From assembly GCA_041654895.1 (NCBI GenBank), contig JBAZCR010000002.1:8435-72434 (forward strand): a DNA stretch of 64,000 nt, given 5' to 3'. Source of the stretch: Candidatus Pacearchaeota archaeon (GTDB lineage: Archaea; Nanobdellota; Nanobdellia; Pacearchaeales; GW2011-AR1). The position numbers and the translations under genes were made by a program. Below, piece by piece: positions 17,291-26,285 of this stretch; position 1 is the stretch's first letter, and each line of letters begins with the position of its first letter. A model generated the notes under the pieces. The model worked only from the letters and a program-made list of their open reading frames with translations. It ran no database searches and was not told where the DNA came from.

Positions 17291-19787
17291 ATCGTCCTTT
17301 TTCATATAAAAGTTTGACTTCTTCGTCGGACAAAGCACGATTATAGACTTTGATGTTAGAAATAGAACCATTAATATGTTCTTGAATACTAGAATATCCT
17401 ATGTTAATATTACTTGTTGTTGATCTAATAGGTCCACCACTTGAAGATTTTGAATTATCAAAATTACCATCTACGTAAACTTTACCAATAACTCCATTAT
17501 AAGTGGCAACTACATGACGCCATTCATTATTGTTTAAAGTATTTAAACTTTGAAGATGACTAAGTAAGTCCCATGTGGTTGCTGAATTTTGAGATAAACT
17601 GAAGTCCAATTTATTACTATATAATTCAAAGCAATAAGATCTCCCATTCCATGTTTTTAATAATATAACTCTATAACCACTTCCAAAATTATTACTTTTT
17701 ATCCATGCTGAAATTGTTAATTCATTAGCCAAATTTAAAGAATCACTATTAGATATGTTCATTCCCCCATTCACTCCATCAAACACTGCCCCTTCATTCG
17801 TTACATTTACACCATTCCTTAAAGTCCCATCATTTCCATACGGCGTCCTATCTGAAACAATCGTATTTGATTTCATATATTTTGTCGTCAATGGCATATC
17901 CAATATTAATCCTTTGTTTAAATTTCCTACACTTGCTTCTTTTGGTTTGTAAGAATCAAAAAGTAATTTTATTTCATCTTCAGATAATGCACGGTTGTAA
18001 ATACGGACGTCGGAGATTGAACCGCTAAAAAACTGCCAACCACTTGTACCACTAAATCGCAAATTATAACCAGTGTTACCAATTAAAAAATCCCCATAAC
18101 TAGTTTTTGAATTAGAAAAATCTAAATAACAAGACATAATCCCTCTATTAAATATACAAACCAAATGATGCCAATTATTATCTTGGGGATATGATAGAAC
18201 TACATTATGTCTAGTACCACTTGATTCATATGTATCAAAATAAATTGTTTTAGTATCAGCGTAACTTATAGCCCATCCATAATTTCCAGGAGATGATAAA
18301 CCTGCTCCTTTACGAACTACTTCATGATGGTTATTTAAATCATTAATTTTAAACCAAACAGATACAGAAAATATATCCTTCATTTGTAAAATATTAGGAT
18401 TGCCGCAATCAATATAATCATCAACCCCATCAAAATTTGTCGCTCCGTCGCTTTTTCCTTTTCTGTCTTCTACTCCACCTATCGTAATTCCGCCTTGTGC
18501 TGTTCCATGGTTTCCATATGGAGTTAAATCTTTTGCACCGTTTTCTGTATCTAGCATCCAATGCCCAACCAAACCCTTATTTAAATCAGATATTGAAGCT
18601 GTTGGCTTGTAAGATTCATAAAGTAATTTTATTTCGTCTTCACTAAGAGCTCGATTGTAAATACGAACATCGGAAATTGAGCCTTTTAAAAATTCTGCAT
18701 CATAACGACTTCCAATTCTTAAATAATTTGGATCATAAGATATTTCACCCGTTGTGTCAAAAACACTGTCTAAAATACCATTTACATAAATTTCTATTTT
18801 ATTATTAGGAGATATGATAAAAATAAGATTATACCACTCATTAAGATTTAATGTAGTTTGACCCATCCAACTTTTCCATGTCCCACCAGTTGTAGCGAAG
18901 ATATATGGTTTCATATTACTGCCAATAACAGAACCAAATTGTCTAGTAGAAGTTCTACCAACAGAATTTTGTAATAAGGCTTGCCAATTACCAGTTGCAG
19001 AGTCTAATTTAATCCATAAACTTTGGGTGAATTCAGAAGACATATCTAATTTTCCATCATGAAAAATTTCTATATAATCATCAACCCCATCAAAACTATA
19101 TGCTCTGTTTGGCTCTCCTTTTACTCCTGTTGTTAGGGTTGCCCCGTAGTTTGTTCCGTGATTTGAATATGGAGTTATGTCTTGAATATCAATTTCTGAA
19201 ATATAAATAGAATTTATAATCATATCAATATCTACACTACCGACATTGTCTATTAACAATTTTTTATTAGCTGTAGAATAAATATAAAAGGAGTGTTTTC
19301 CGGTCTGTTTTAATAAGTAGCCGCCTTGGTTTTGAGGACCTGCTATAGCACTACCATAATTAACTATACAATCTATTGTAACCTTATAATACTTATTTGC
19401 AGAAAGATATGCGGAACTAGATATAATGTATGAATCCACACCGACTCCTTTTAAGTTTGGCTTGCCAGAAGTCCAGTCAGTATTTACAGATGCCCAACCA
19501 GAGGAGCTACCAAAAGTGGTATTTAGAACTAAGTTTTTTACTGCTTCGCTTTCTCCGTCTAATGGGTAGTGTGCTACTAAACCTTTCTCTAATGAAGATA
19601 CTTTTGTTGTATTTATCCCAAAAAATCCAGTTGCTATGGTTACAGCGACAAAAGAAATTAATAAGACAGAAATAATTATTAATACTATGAGGTGTTTACG
19701 GTTTACGGTCAAATTGTCTGTTAACTGTTTACTGTCAACAGTAGACCGCTTACGGATCCAATATATTTTTTTAGAATTTATTTCCAT
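17286..19787 (-). CDS. Membrane-anchored surface protein with multiple LamG/concanavalin-A-like lectin domains (LamG-2)
   Basis: Same anchor as LamG-1 (LIVLIIISVLLISFVAVTIATGFF) and four modules ending in SISDVRIYNRALSEDEIKLL(Y/F). Long stretches are about 85-95% identical in DNA to LamG-1. Confidence 0.7.
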   Translation of the reverse strand: MEINSKKIYWIRKRSTVDSKQLTDNLTVNRKHLIVLIIISVLLISFVAVTIATGFFGINTTKVSSLEKGLVAHYPLDGESEAVKNLVLNTTFGSSSGWASVNTDWTSGKPNLKGVGVDSYIISSSAYLSANKYYKVTIDCIVNYGSAIAGPQNQGGYLLKQTGKHSFYIYSTANKKLLIDNVGSVDIDMIINSIYISEIDIQDITPYSNHGTNYGATLTTGVKGEPNRAYSFDGVDDYIEIFHDGKLDMSSEFTQSLWIKLDSATGNWQALLQNSVGRTSTRQFGSVIGSNMKPYIFATTGGTWKSWMGQTTLNLNEWYNLIFIISPNNKIEIYVNGILDSVFDTTGEISYDPNYLRIGSRYDAEFLKGSISDVRIYNRALSEDEIKLLYESYKPTASISDLNKGLVGHWMLDTENGAKDLTPYGNHGTAQGGITIGGVEDRKGKSDGATNFDGVDDYIDCGNPNILQMKDIFSVSVWFKINDLNNHHEVVRKGAGLSSPGNYGWAISYADTKTIYFDTYESSGTRHNVVLSYPQDNNWHHLVCIFNRGIMSCYLDFSNSKTSYGDFLIGNTGYNLRFSGTSGWQFFSGSISDVRIYNRALSEDEIKLLFDSYKPKEASVGNLNKGLILDMPLTTKYMKSNTIVSDRTPYGNDGTLRNGVNVTNEGAVFDGVNGGMNISNSDSLNLANELTISAWIKSNNFGSGYRVILLKTWNGRSYCFELYSNKLDFSLSQNSATTWDLLSHLQSLNTLNNNEWRHVVATYNGVIGKVYVDGNFDNSKSSSGGPIRSTTSNINIGYSSIQEHINGSISNIKVYNRALSDEEVKLLYEKGRW
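19694..19754. repeat. Heptad array D (3 + 5 units with a 5-nt phase break) inside the first ~30 codons of LamG-2
   Basis: GTTTACG GTTTACG GTCAAAT tgtct GTTAACT GTTTACT GTCAACA GTAGACC GCTTACG. It contains TACTGT-CA-ACAGTA. Confidence 0.8.
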
Positions 19788-19804
19788 TTATCAACTGTAT
19801 CACT

Positions 19805-19820
19805 ACACTATAATTAGTGT
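19805..19820. promoter_or_regulatory. Inverted repeat ACACTA-TAAT-TAGTGT in the LamG-2/wHTH-2 divergent promoter region
   Basis: Perfect 6-bp arms with a 4-bp spacer, in the 69-bp gap between the two start codons. Confidence 0.3.
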
Positions 19821-19856
19821 GATTATTTAATATATAAACCTTACCAAATTTGGTGT

Positions 19857-20126
19857 ATGAATAAAGATATCGGAATAAAAAATAAAAAGCTTTATAACAA
19901 AATAAGACAACTCTCTAACCCAAGTAAATTTAAAATTATTGAAGCAACTCAAGACAGTGAAATCAATGTTACAAATCTATCTAAGATTTCTAAATTAGCT
20001 TTTAATAAATGCTCAAATTATTGTTCTGAATTAGAAAAACAAAATCTTGTCATTAAAAACAAAGTAGGAATCAACAGTTTTGTTAAATCTAAAATATCAT
20101 TAGAATCACTTTCCAGATCTTTTTAA
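19857..20126 (+). CDS. Small ArsR-like winged-helix protein (wHTH-2), divergent from LamG-2
   Basis: LSNPSKFKIIEATQDSEINVTNLSKISKLAFNKCSNYCSELEKQNLVIKNKVG follows the ArsR/SmtB-type pattern. Confidence 0.5.
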   Translation: MNKDIGIKNKKLYNKIRQLSNPSKFKIIEATQDSEINVTNLSKISKLAFNKCSNYCSELEKQNLVIKNKVGINSFVKSKISLESLSRSF

Positions 20127-20175
20127 AGTATATATTATTTATTTCTCAGAGGCTCAATTATAGAAATTTTAAAAT

Positions 20176-21972
20176 TTAGGAAACAGATTCATCTAGGAAA
20201 TCGCTAGTTGCTTTTTTGCTATCTTCATAATTTTTCATTCCTTCTTCAATTATGCTAGCAATTTTATTAATATCTTTACTGAAAAGATCTAAGTTTCCTT
20301 TTGAATCTATAAATGCACTCATTATTTTCTCTTCAATTTTATTTCTTCCAAAAGTTCTTCCTTCAGAATCAAGACCTAAATTAAATAAAATAATCGGCAA
20401 CTCTCCAATAACTAAACCAACACAGCACATTTTATTAATAATTAAATCTACAACACTTTCTTCCATAGTTCCTTTTGTTGCAAAAGAATAAACATAAATA
20501 TCTCTTTTTTGACCAATCCTATCTAATCTACCTATTCTCTGCTCAACACTCATTGGATTCCAAGGCAAATCATAATTAATTAAATTCCTACAAAATTGAA
20601 AATTCAAACCTTCAGCACCAGTATCAGTGGAAATTAAAATATCTACATTTTGATTCTTAAATTGGTTGATTCTTTCTGATTTTTCTTCTCTACTTAAACC
20701 GCCTATAAATTCAATAATTTTCAAATTAAATGGTTTTAACCTTTCCACAATATATTTTAGTGTAGTTGGGTGTCTAGTATAAATTAAAATTTTCTCGTCG
20801 TTACTTTTACTTCTAATCTCTTTAACGACTTCAAGAAGTTTTTCTATTTTACTATCTTGCTTTAAATTTTCATAATCATTGAGAATTTCTTGAGCTAAAT
20901 TTTTTGTGTTCTGATGATACTTATCACTATTAACAATACCTTGAAGAGTTTCCATTGCAGATTTAGAAGAACTAGTAATTTTAGGTAGTAGTGAATAAAT
21001 CACAAGTCTTCCATTAATTTCATTTCCATCAAATCTAAAATAATTTTCTTTTAATAATGAAACAATATTCTCATAAATTATTTTTTCCTCTTTTGTTAAA
21101 TCAACACTGATAATTTTAGGAATTCGTTTTTTGTATTCTATTCCAGTTTCATCTCTTCTTCTTCGAATCATAACTTCATCTAATCTCTTTTTTAATTCAG
21201 TTGGATTTAATGGATATCTTTTATTTCCTTTATGTAAAAATTTAGACCTAAACTCTTTGATTGTGCCTAAATGACCTCTTTTTAATAAATTCAAGAGATT
21301 ATATAACTCAAGTAAATCATTTTGAAAGGGTGTTGCAGTCAGTAATAAAAACCTCTTTTTTTGTAATTTGTCTACAAACCTCCATCTAACAGTATTTTTC
21401 TCTTTTAATTTATGAGCTTCGTCTACAATAACTAAATCCCAACTAAAATCATGAGCTTTTTTATGTCTAAATTCTCTTAAGTTTTTATTATAAATTTTAA
21501 CCCTGTCAATTGAAGCAATAACAAAATTATATTTGTCCCAATCATTAGAAGATTCGATAATATTAAAATTCAAATTAAATTTCTCTTTTAATTCTTCAAC
21601 CCATTGATTTACTAAACTTGGTGGAGTTAAAATTAAACATTTTTTAAAAAAGCCTCTTATAATTCCTTCTTTTAATACAAAACCAGTTGTAATTGTTTTA
21701 CCTAAACCCACTTCGTCAGCCAATAAACCTGTTGAATTTAAATCTTTAATCAAATGTAGTGCTCCTTCCTTTTGATGAGGCAAATCATACATTAAATTTT
21801 TCTTAACTAAATCATAACTTAATAAATTATCAACAAAATTATCTATTTTTATTTCTTCAGAGTATTTTTTTAATTCTAAAATTTCAGGACTATCAAATGA
21901 AGGAAGTGAATCAATATTTTCAAATAAAGAAAAATCTTCTTCAAAATCCTCATTAATTATTAAATCAACCAT
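20176..21972 (-). CDS. SNF2-family helicase/ATPase (COG0553, RapA/HepA-like)
   Basis: Motif I ADEVGLGKT, motif II VIVDEAHKLK, LLLTATPFQN, helicase-C with QRIGRLDRIGQ. Confidence 0.88.
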   Translation of the reverse strand: MVDLIINEDFEEDFSLFENIDSLPSFDSPEILELKKYSEEIKIDNFVDNLLSYDLVKKNLMYDLPHQKEGALHLIKDLNSTGLLADEVGLGKTITTGFVLKEGIIRGFFKKCLILTPPSLVNQWVEELKEKFNLNFNIIESSNDWDKYNFVIASIDRVKIYNKNLREFRHKKAHDFSWDLVIVDEAHKLKEKNTVRWRFVDKLQKKRFLLLTATPFQNDLLELYNLLNLLKRGHLGTIKEFRSKFLHKGNKRYPLNPTELKKRLDEVMIRRRRDETGIEYKKRIPKIISVDLTKEEKIIYENIVSLLKENYFRFDGNEINGRLVIYSLLPKITSSSKSAMETLQGIVNSDKYHQNTKNLAQEILNDYENLKQDSKIEKLLEVVKEIRSKSNDEKILIYTRHPTTLKYIVERLKPFNLKIIEFIGGLSREEKSERINQFKNQNVDILISTDTGAEGLNFQFCRNLINYDLPWNPMSVEQRIGRLDRIGQKRDIYVYSFATKGTMEESVVDLIINKMCCVGLVIGELPIILFNLGLDSEGRTFGRNKIEEKIMSAFIDSKGNLDLFSKDINKIASIIEEGMKNYEDSKKATSDFLDESVS

Positions 21973-22014
21973 CTTAGAAAAAATAAAACTTTGTTTTTAA
22001 CTATTATGATTGGG
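21964..22014 (-). repeat. 51-bp promoter/start element, copy 2 (identical to 10229..10279)
   Basis: Exact match over 51 bp including the ATG GTT GAT of the SNF2 gene. Identity collapses to about 60% immediately beyond it. Confidence 0.9.
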
Positions 22015-22016
22015 CA

Positions 22017-22051
22017 GTTGACGGTGGGTGTTTGACTGTCGGCAGTTCACC
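22017..22051. repeat. Heptad array E (GTTGACG GTGGGTG TTTGACT GTCGGCA GTTCACC) upstream of the SNF2 gene
   Basis: Five phased units in the same orientation and at the same position relative to the 51-bp element as array A, but with no LamG gene attached. Confidence 0.75.
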
Positions 22052-22146
22052 ACTAATCTTCCTAGAAAAAATAAATTTACATTAAAAAAATCTATGTTTA
22101 ACCCAGTAGTTAATTTTATAAATCCTAAAGTTGATTTAAACTAGCT

Positions 22147-22557
22147 ATGAAAGATATTACATATAAAGTTGATAAAGGAATTTCAGACAAGTATGATTTA
22201 CCTAAGGATAAAAAGTTTGGTACTAAAGACAAAAATAATTTATTTAATAACAGGGGGGTAAATTATGTAGCTTGCTGTAGTCCTGATTCTATTTTTTATG
22301 GTATTTATGGTAACACTTATGATGGAGAGATAAAGCCTGTTGGAGTAATTACTGAAGAAAATGCTCAATTAATAAAAGAATCTACAATGAATCACTTTCC
22401 TAAATATGCTAACTTGCCTCCAATTGATTATTATTTAGAAATTTCTAAAAAAGGCCACGATTATTTTAGTCAATTTAAATCTTTAACAAAAGTTGAATGT
22501 TCTTATGAAGAAGCAAAAGATTTATATGATTCTATTTTAAATCGGGTTAAAGATTAA
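22147..22557 (+). CDS. Hypothetical protein
   Basis: ORF only; no motif recognised. Confidence 0.4.
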   Translation: MKDITYKVDKGISDKYDLPKDKKFGTKDKNNLFNNRGVNYVACCSPDSIFYGIYGNTYDGEIKPVGVITEENAQLIKESTMNHFPKYANLPPIDYYLEISKKGHDYFSQFKSLTKVECSYEEAKDLYDSILNRVKD

Positions 22558-22594
22558 TTAGTTTTATAAATTCTTTTTTATTTAATTTATTGTT

Positions 22595-22666
22595 GGGCTC
22601 GTAGTTTAAAGGATAGAATACCAGGTTTCGGCCCTGTTGATGGGAGTTCGAGTCTTCCCGAGCCCG
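22595..22666 (+). tRNA. tRNA-Arg (anticodon UCG)
   Basis: Hand-folded cloverleaf: acceptor GGGCTCG/CGAGCCC, T-arm GGGAG-TTCGAGT-CTTCC, anticodon loop TT-TCG-GC, discriminator G, no encoded CCA. Confidence 0.8.
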
Positions 22667-22710
22667 TAAGTTAAACTAATATTTATAAAGTATTTTCTGT
22701 TTGTTTTTTT

Positions 22711-24168
22711 ATGATAAAGAGAAAAGTGATGTTTGAGATTGATAAAGAAAAAAATTTTTCAGAGTGGTATTCAGAGATTTTACAAAGAACTGAGATTAGT
22801 GATATCCGTTATGGGGTTAAGGGATTTATTGTAATTAGGCCTTGGGGAGCTAGAATTATAGAAAAGATGTATAAACTTTATGAATCAGAATTACAAAAAA
22901 AAGGTCATGAGCCTAGTTTTTTTCCAATGGTAATTCCTGAAGAGAATTTTAAAAAAGAATCAGGTCATGTTAAGGGTTTTTCTCCAGATGTTTTTTGGTT
23001 AGAATTAAAACAAGGAGAAAATAGAGTCGCGCTTCGTCCTACAGGAGAAACAGAATTCTATGAAATGTATAGTAAATGGATTAGAAGCTATAGAGATTTA
23101 CCTTATAAGATGTATCAGAGAGGAAGTGTGTTTAGATTTGAAACAAAAGCAACTAGACCTTTAATTAGAGGTAGAGAATTTTGGTGGATTGAAGCTCATA
23201 ATTGTTTTAAATCAAAAAAAGATGCAGAGGAACAAGTGCAAGAGGATATTAAAATGACAGAAAAGGTTATGCATCAAACTTTTGGTGTTCCATTTTTGCC
23301 CTTGAAAAGACCTGAGTGGGATAAATTTCCTGGAGCAATTTATACTATTGGAAGTGATAGTTTAATGCCTGATGGTAAAATAATCCAACAACCTTCAACA
23401 CATTTATTAGGCCAAAATTTTTCTAAAGCTTTTGATATTAAGTTTATTGATGAAAATGAAAAAGAAAATTATGTTTGGCAAACCTGTTATGGCCCGGCAA
23501 TTTCAAGAATTCTTGCAAGTGTAATTTCAGTTCATGGTGATAATAATGGTCTAATCTTGCCATATGTTATTTCTCCATATCATGTTGTTATTGTTCCAAT
23601 TCATAGCGAGAAGAAAAAGAACGAAATAAATTTATTTGTGGATAAATTAAATCAAGAGTTAACCAAAAACGGAATTGATGTAAAAATTGATAATAGTGAT
23701 AAGCGCCCTGGAGAAAAATTCTTTTATTGGGAAATGAAAGGAATTCCTTTTAGAATAGAAATTGGAGAAAAAGAATTAGGTTCAGATGGATTAACAGTTT
23801 TTATAAGAGATTCAAAAGAAAAAGTTAAAGTTAAAACTGAAGAAATAGTAGAAAAAATTAAAAATTTAAGTATAGAATATGATTCTAGATTAAAACAAAA
23901 AGCTGATGAATCTTTTTATTCTAAAATAATAGAGTGTAAAAATAAAATTGATATTAAAAATACCCTAGATAATGGGAAAATTGCTAAATTTAATTTTTGT
24001 TCTTTAAACAAAGAAGGTGAATCTTGTGCTTCTTATATTGAAAAAGAATTATTGGCTGATGTTAGGGGATGTTTAGGAAATAAAGCAGAAAAAACTTTTG
24101 GTAATAAAAAATGTCCTTTTTGTGGTAAAGAGGCAAAATTTGTAGTTTATTCTGCTAGAAGTTATTAA
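22711..24168 (+). CDS. proS: Prolyl-tRNA synthetase, archaeal/eukaryotic type
   Basis: FSEWYSEILQRTEISDIRYGVKGFIVIRPWG N-terminus, class II motifs, anticodon-binding domain. The C-terminal zinc-binding domain ends ...CPFCGKEAKFVVYSARSY. Confidence 0.92.
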   Translation: MIKRKVMFEIDKEKNFSEWYSEILQRTEISDIRYGVKGFIVIRPWGARIIEKMYKLYESELQKKGHEPSFFPMVIPEENFKKESGHVKGFSPDVFWLELKQGENRVALRPTGETEFYEMYSKWIRSYRDLPYKMYQRGSVFRFETKATRPLIRGREFWWIEAHNCFKSKKDAEEQVQEDIKMTEKVMHQTFGVPFLPLKRPEWDKFPGAIYTIGSDSLMPDGKIIQQPSTHLLGQNFSKAFDIKFIDENEKENYVWQTCYGPAISRILASVISVHGDNNGLILPYVISPYHVVIVPIHSEKKKNEINLFVDKLNQELTKNGIDVKIDNSDKRPGEKFFYWEMKGIPFRIEIGEKELGSDGLTVFIRDSKEKVKVKTEEIVEKIKNLSIEYDSRLKQKADESFYSKIIECKNKIDIKNTLDNGKIAKFNFCSLNKEGESCASYIEKELLADVRGCLGNKAEKTFGNKKCPFCGKEAKFVVYSARSY

Positions 24169-24206
24169 CAAAAACTTTTAAATAAAATTAATGTCAAACA
24201 TTGTTT

Positions 24207-25601
24207 ATGAGTAAAATTAATGAAATTTATTTAGGATTATTTCAAATTATGGTTCTAATTTTATTTTCGATCTTTCTTTTTTATCATTATTTTAGTTTAG
24301 AAAATTCTTTTATATCTATATGGGATACTAGAAATATTGGTTCTAGTAACTCTACTCAAATAAAATTACCCTTAGAAAAGGATGGGAATTACGATTTTAC
24401 TGTTTATTGGGGTGATGGATCTTATGACAGAATAACACATTGGAATCAAGATGAGATAATTCATAATTATAAGAAAGAAGGTATTTATATAGTTAAAATA
24501 GAAGATTCTATCTCTGGATGGAGATTTAATAGTCAAGAAGATCAATTAAAAATTATTGGTATTCTTAATTGGGGTTCCCTGGAATTAGGCAATAATGGGG
24601 CTTATTTTAGTGGTGCAAAAAACTTGAAACTATTCAGAAATCTAGACAAATTAAATTTAGATAATACTGATAATTTAAGTTATATGTTTTTTGGGGCACA
24701 TTATTTGGAAGGTGATTTAAGTAATTGGGACGTAAGCAATGTTCTTGATATGAGTCATATGTTTCGATGGACAATTAAATATGATGACGATTTAAGTAAT
24801 TGGGACGTAAGCAATGTTATTAACATGAGTCATATGTTTGAAGGTTCTAAATTTAGTGGTAACTTAAGTAACTGGGATGTAAGTAATGTTACTGATATGA
24901 GTTATATGTTTCGATGGTCTGATTTTAATAATGATTTATTTAGCTGGAATGTAAGTAATGTTCTTGATATGAGTCACATGTTTGTGTGGTCTGATTTTGA
25001 TGGTAATTTGTCTTCTTGGGATGTAAGTAGTGTTACTGATATGAGCCATATGTTTGAGGGTTCTGGATTTAATAGTAGCTTAAGTAATTGGAATGTAAGT
25101 AATGTTCTTGATATGAGTCATATGTTTAGAAATTCCAAATTTAATAATAACTTAAGTATCTGGGATGTAAGTAGTGCTTTTAATATGAGTCATATGTTTG
25201 AAGGTTCTGGGTTTAATGGTAACTTAAGTAATTGGGATGTAAGTAATATTCTTGATATGAATCATATGTTTGATGGTTCTAGGTTTAATGGTGACTTAAG
25301 TAATTGGAATGTAAGTAATGTTCTTGATATGAGTTACATGTTTAGATGGTCTGATTTTGATGGTAATTTATCTTCTTGGGATGTAAGTAGTGTTACTGAT
25401 ATGAGCTATATGTTTGAAGATTCTAGGTTTAATGGTGATTTAAGCAATTGGGATGTTAGTAATGTTACTAATATGGATTGTATATTTGAAGGTTCTATAT
25501 TTGATGGTGATTTATCTTCTTGGAATATAAGTAATATTATTGGAAAAAATAAAGAATATTTATTCTCTGAATTTAATTTAAAATCTGGTTATAAAAATTA
25601 A
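24207..25601 (+). CDS. BspA-type/DUF285-like leucine-rich-repeat surface protein with N-terminal membrane anchor
   Basis: About 11 consecutive 24-aa units of form LSNWDVSNVxDMSxMFxxSxFNGD. N-terminal TM segment LGLFQIMVLILFSIFLFYHYF. ATG at 24207. Confidence 0.7.
   Translation: MSKINEIYLGLFQIMVLILFSIFLFYHYFSLENSFISIWDTRNIGSSNSTQIKLPLEKDGNYDFTVYWGDGSYDRITHWNQDEIIHNYKKEGIYIVKIEDSISGWRFNSQEDQLKIIGILNWGSLELGNNGAYFSGAKNLKLFRNLDKLNLDNTDNLSYMFFGAHYLEGDLSNWDVSNVLDMSHMFRWTIKYDDDLSNWDVSNVINMSHMFEGSKFSGNLSNWDVSNVTDMSYMFRWSDFNNDLFSWNVSNVLDMSHMFVWSDFDGNLSSWDVSSVTDMSHMFEGSGFNSSLSNWNVSNVLDMSHMFRNSKFNNNLSIWDVSSAFNMSHMFEGSGFNGNLSNWDVSNILDMNHMFDGSRFNGDLSNWNVSNVLDMSYMFRWSDFDGNLSSWDVSSVTDMSYMFEDSRFNGDLSNWDVSNVTNMDCIFEGSIFDGDLSSWNISNIIGKNKEYLFSEFNLKSGYKN
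24711..25537 (+). repeat. Coding tandem repeat, 72-bp period (one 75-bp unit), about 11 units
   Basis: TTAAGTAAxTGGGA recurs at 24717, 24792, 24864 and onward. The units are imperfect at the DNA level. Confidence 0.85.
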
Positions 25602-25649
25602 AATTTATTCTTAGATATATTTTTAAGTTAGTTTAGATTATTTTTAGGA

Positions 25650-26285
25650 ATGGTGAAATATTTATTTTTTGATTTTGATGGAACAATTTCAGATTCTATC
25701 AAATTAGCTCATAAATCAATAATTAGAATATTAGACATTTTTTATTTTTATTACTCTAAAAATAAATTTAAGATTTTTATTGGTCCCAAAATTAAAAAAA
25801 CTTTTAAAAATTTAGGATTAAAGAGGATGTCTAAAAATAAGATTCGAAAAAAATTTTACTCTACAATTATTAATAGAAGAAAGCTTTATGATTTGAAGTT
25901 ATGTTGTGATGTAAGTTCTTTGTGGGAATTAAAAAATAAGGGTTATAAGTTGGTTGTAGTAAGTAATTCTACATCTTCTTTCTTAAATGCATCAATTAAG
26001 CAATTAGGTTTAGGAGATTTATTTTATGGTGTATATGGCTCTGAATCTTTTAAAACTAAAGATATAATTCTAAAAAAACTTTTAAGAAAATATCGTATTA
26101 AAGGAGAAGAAACATTTTACATTGGAGATAGATTTAGTGATATTAATTATGCTCGTATTGTTAAAATGAACTCTATTGCGATATATAACGAATGTTCTTG
26201 GTCTAGCAAAAAAATCTTACTCAAAGAAAAACCTGATTACCTAATTACAAACTGGAATGAATTAAAATATCTTTTAGAAAAATAA
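25650..26285 (+). CDS. HAD-superfamily hydrolase (phosphatase-like)
   Basis: Motif I FFDFDGTISDS, motif II VVSNS, motif IV GDRFSD. Confidence 0.7.
   Translation: MVKYLFFDFDGTISDSIKLAHKSIIRILDIFYFYYSKNKFKIFIGPKIKKTFKNLGLKRMSKNKIRKKFYSTIINRRKLYDLKLCCDVSSLWELKNKGYKLVVVSNSTSSFLNASIKQLGLGDLFYGVYGSESFKTKDIILKKLLRKYRIKGEETFYIGDRFSDINYARIVKMNSIAIYNECSWSSKKILLKEKPDYLITNWNELKYLLEK

Noticed and set aside
10334-19787. Diversity-generating retroelement (TR/VR pair) acting on the LamG genes.
   Set aside because: Mismatches between the similar LamG segments are of all types and are not confined to adenines of one copy. No reverse transcriptase ORF is present in the window.
24711-25537. Possible CRISPR array or non-coding satellite, given the regular 72-bp periodicity.
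   Set aside because: The periodicity lies inside one continuous ORF and corresponds to a 24-aa protein repeat. There is no repeat-spacer structure and no cas genes.
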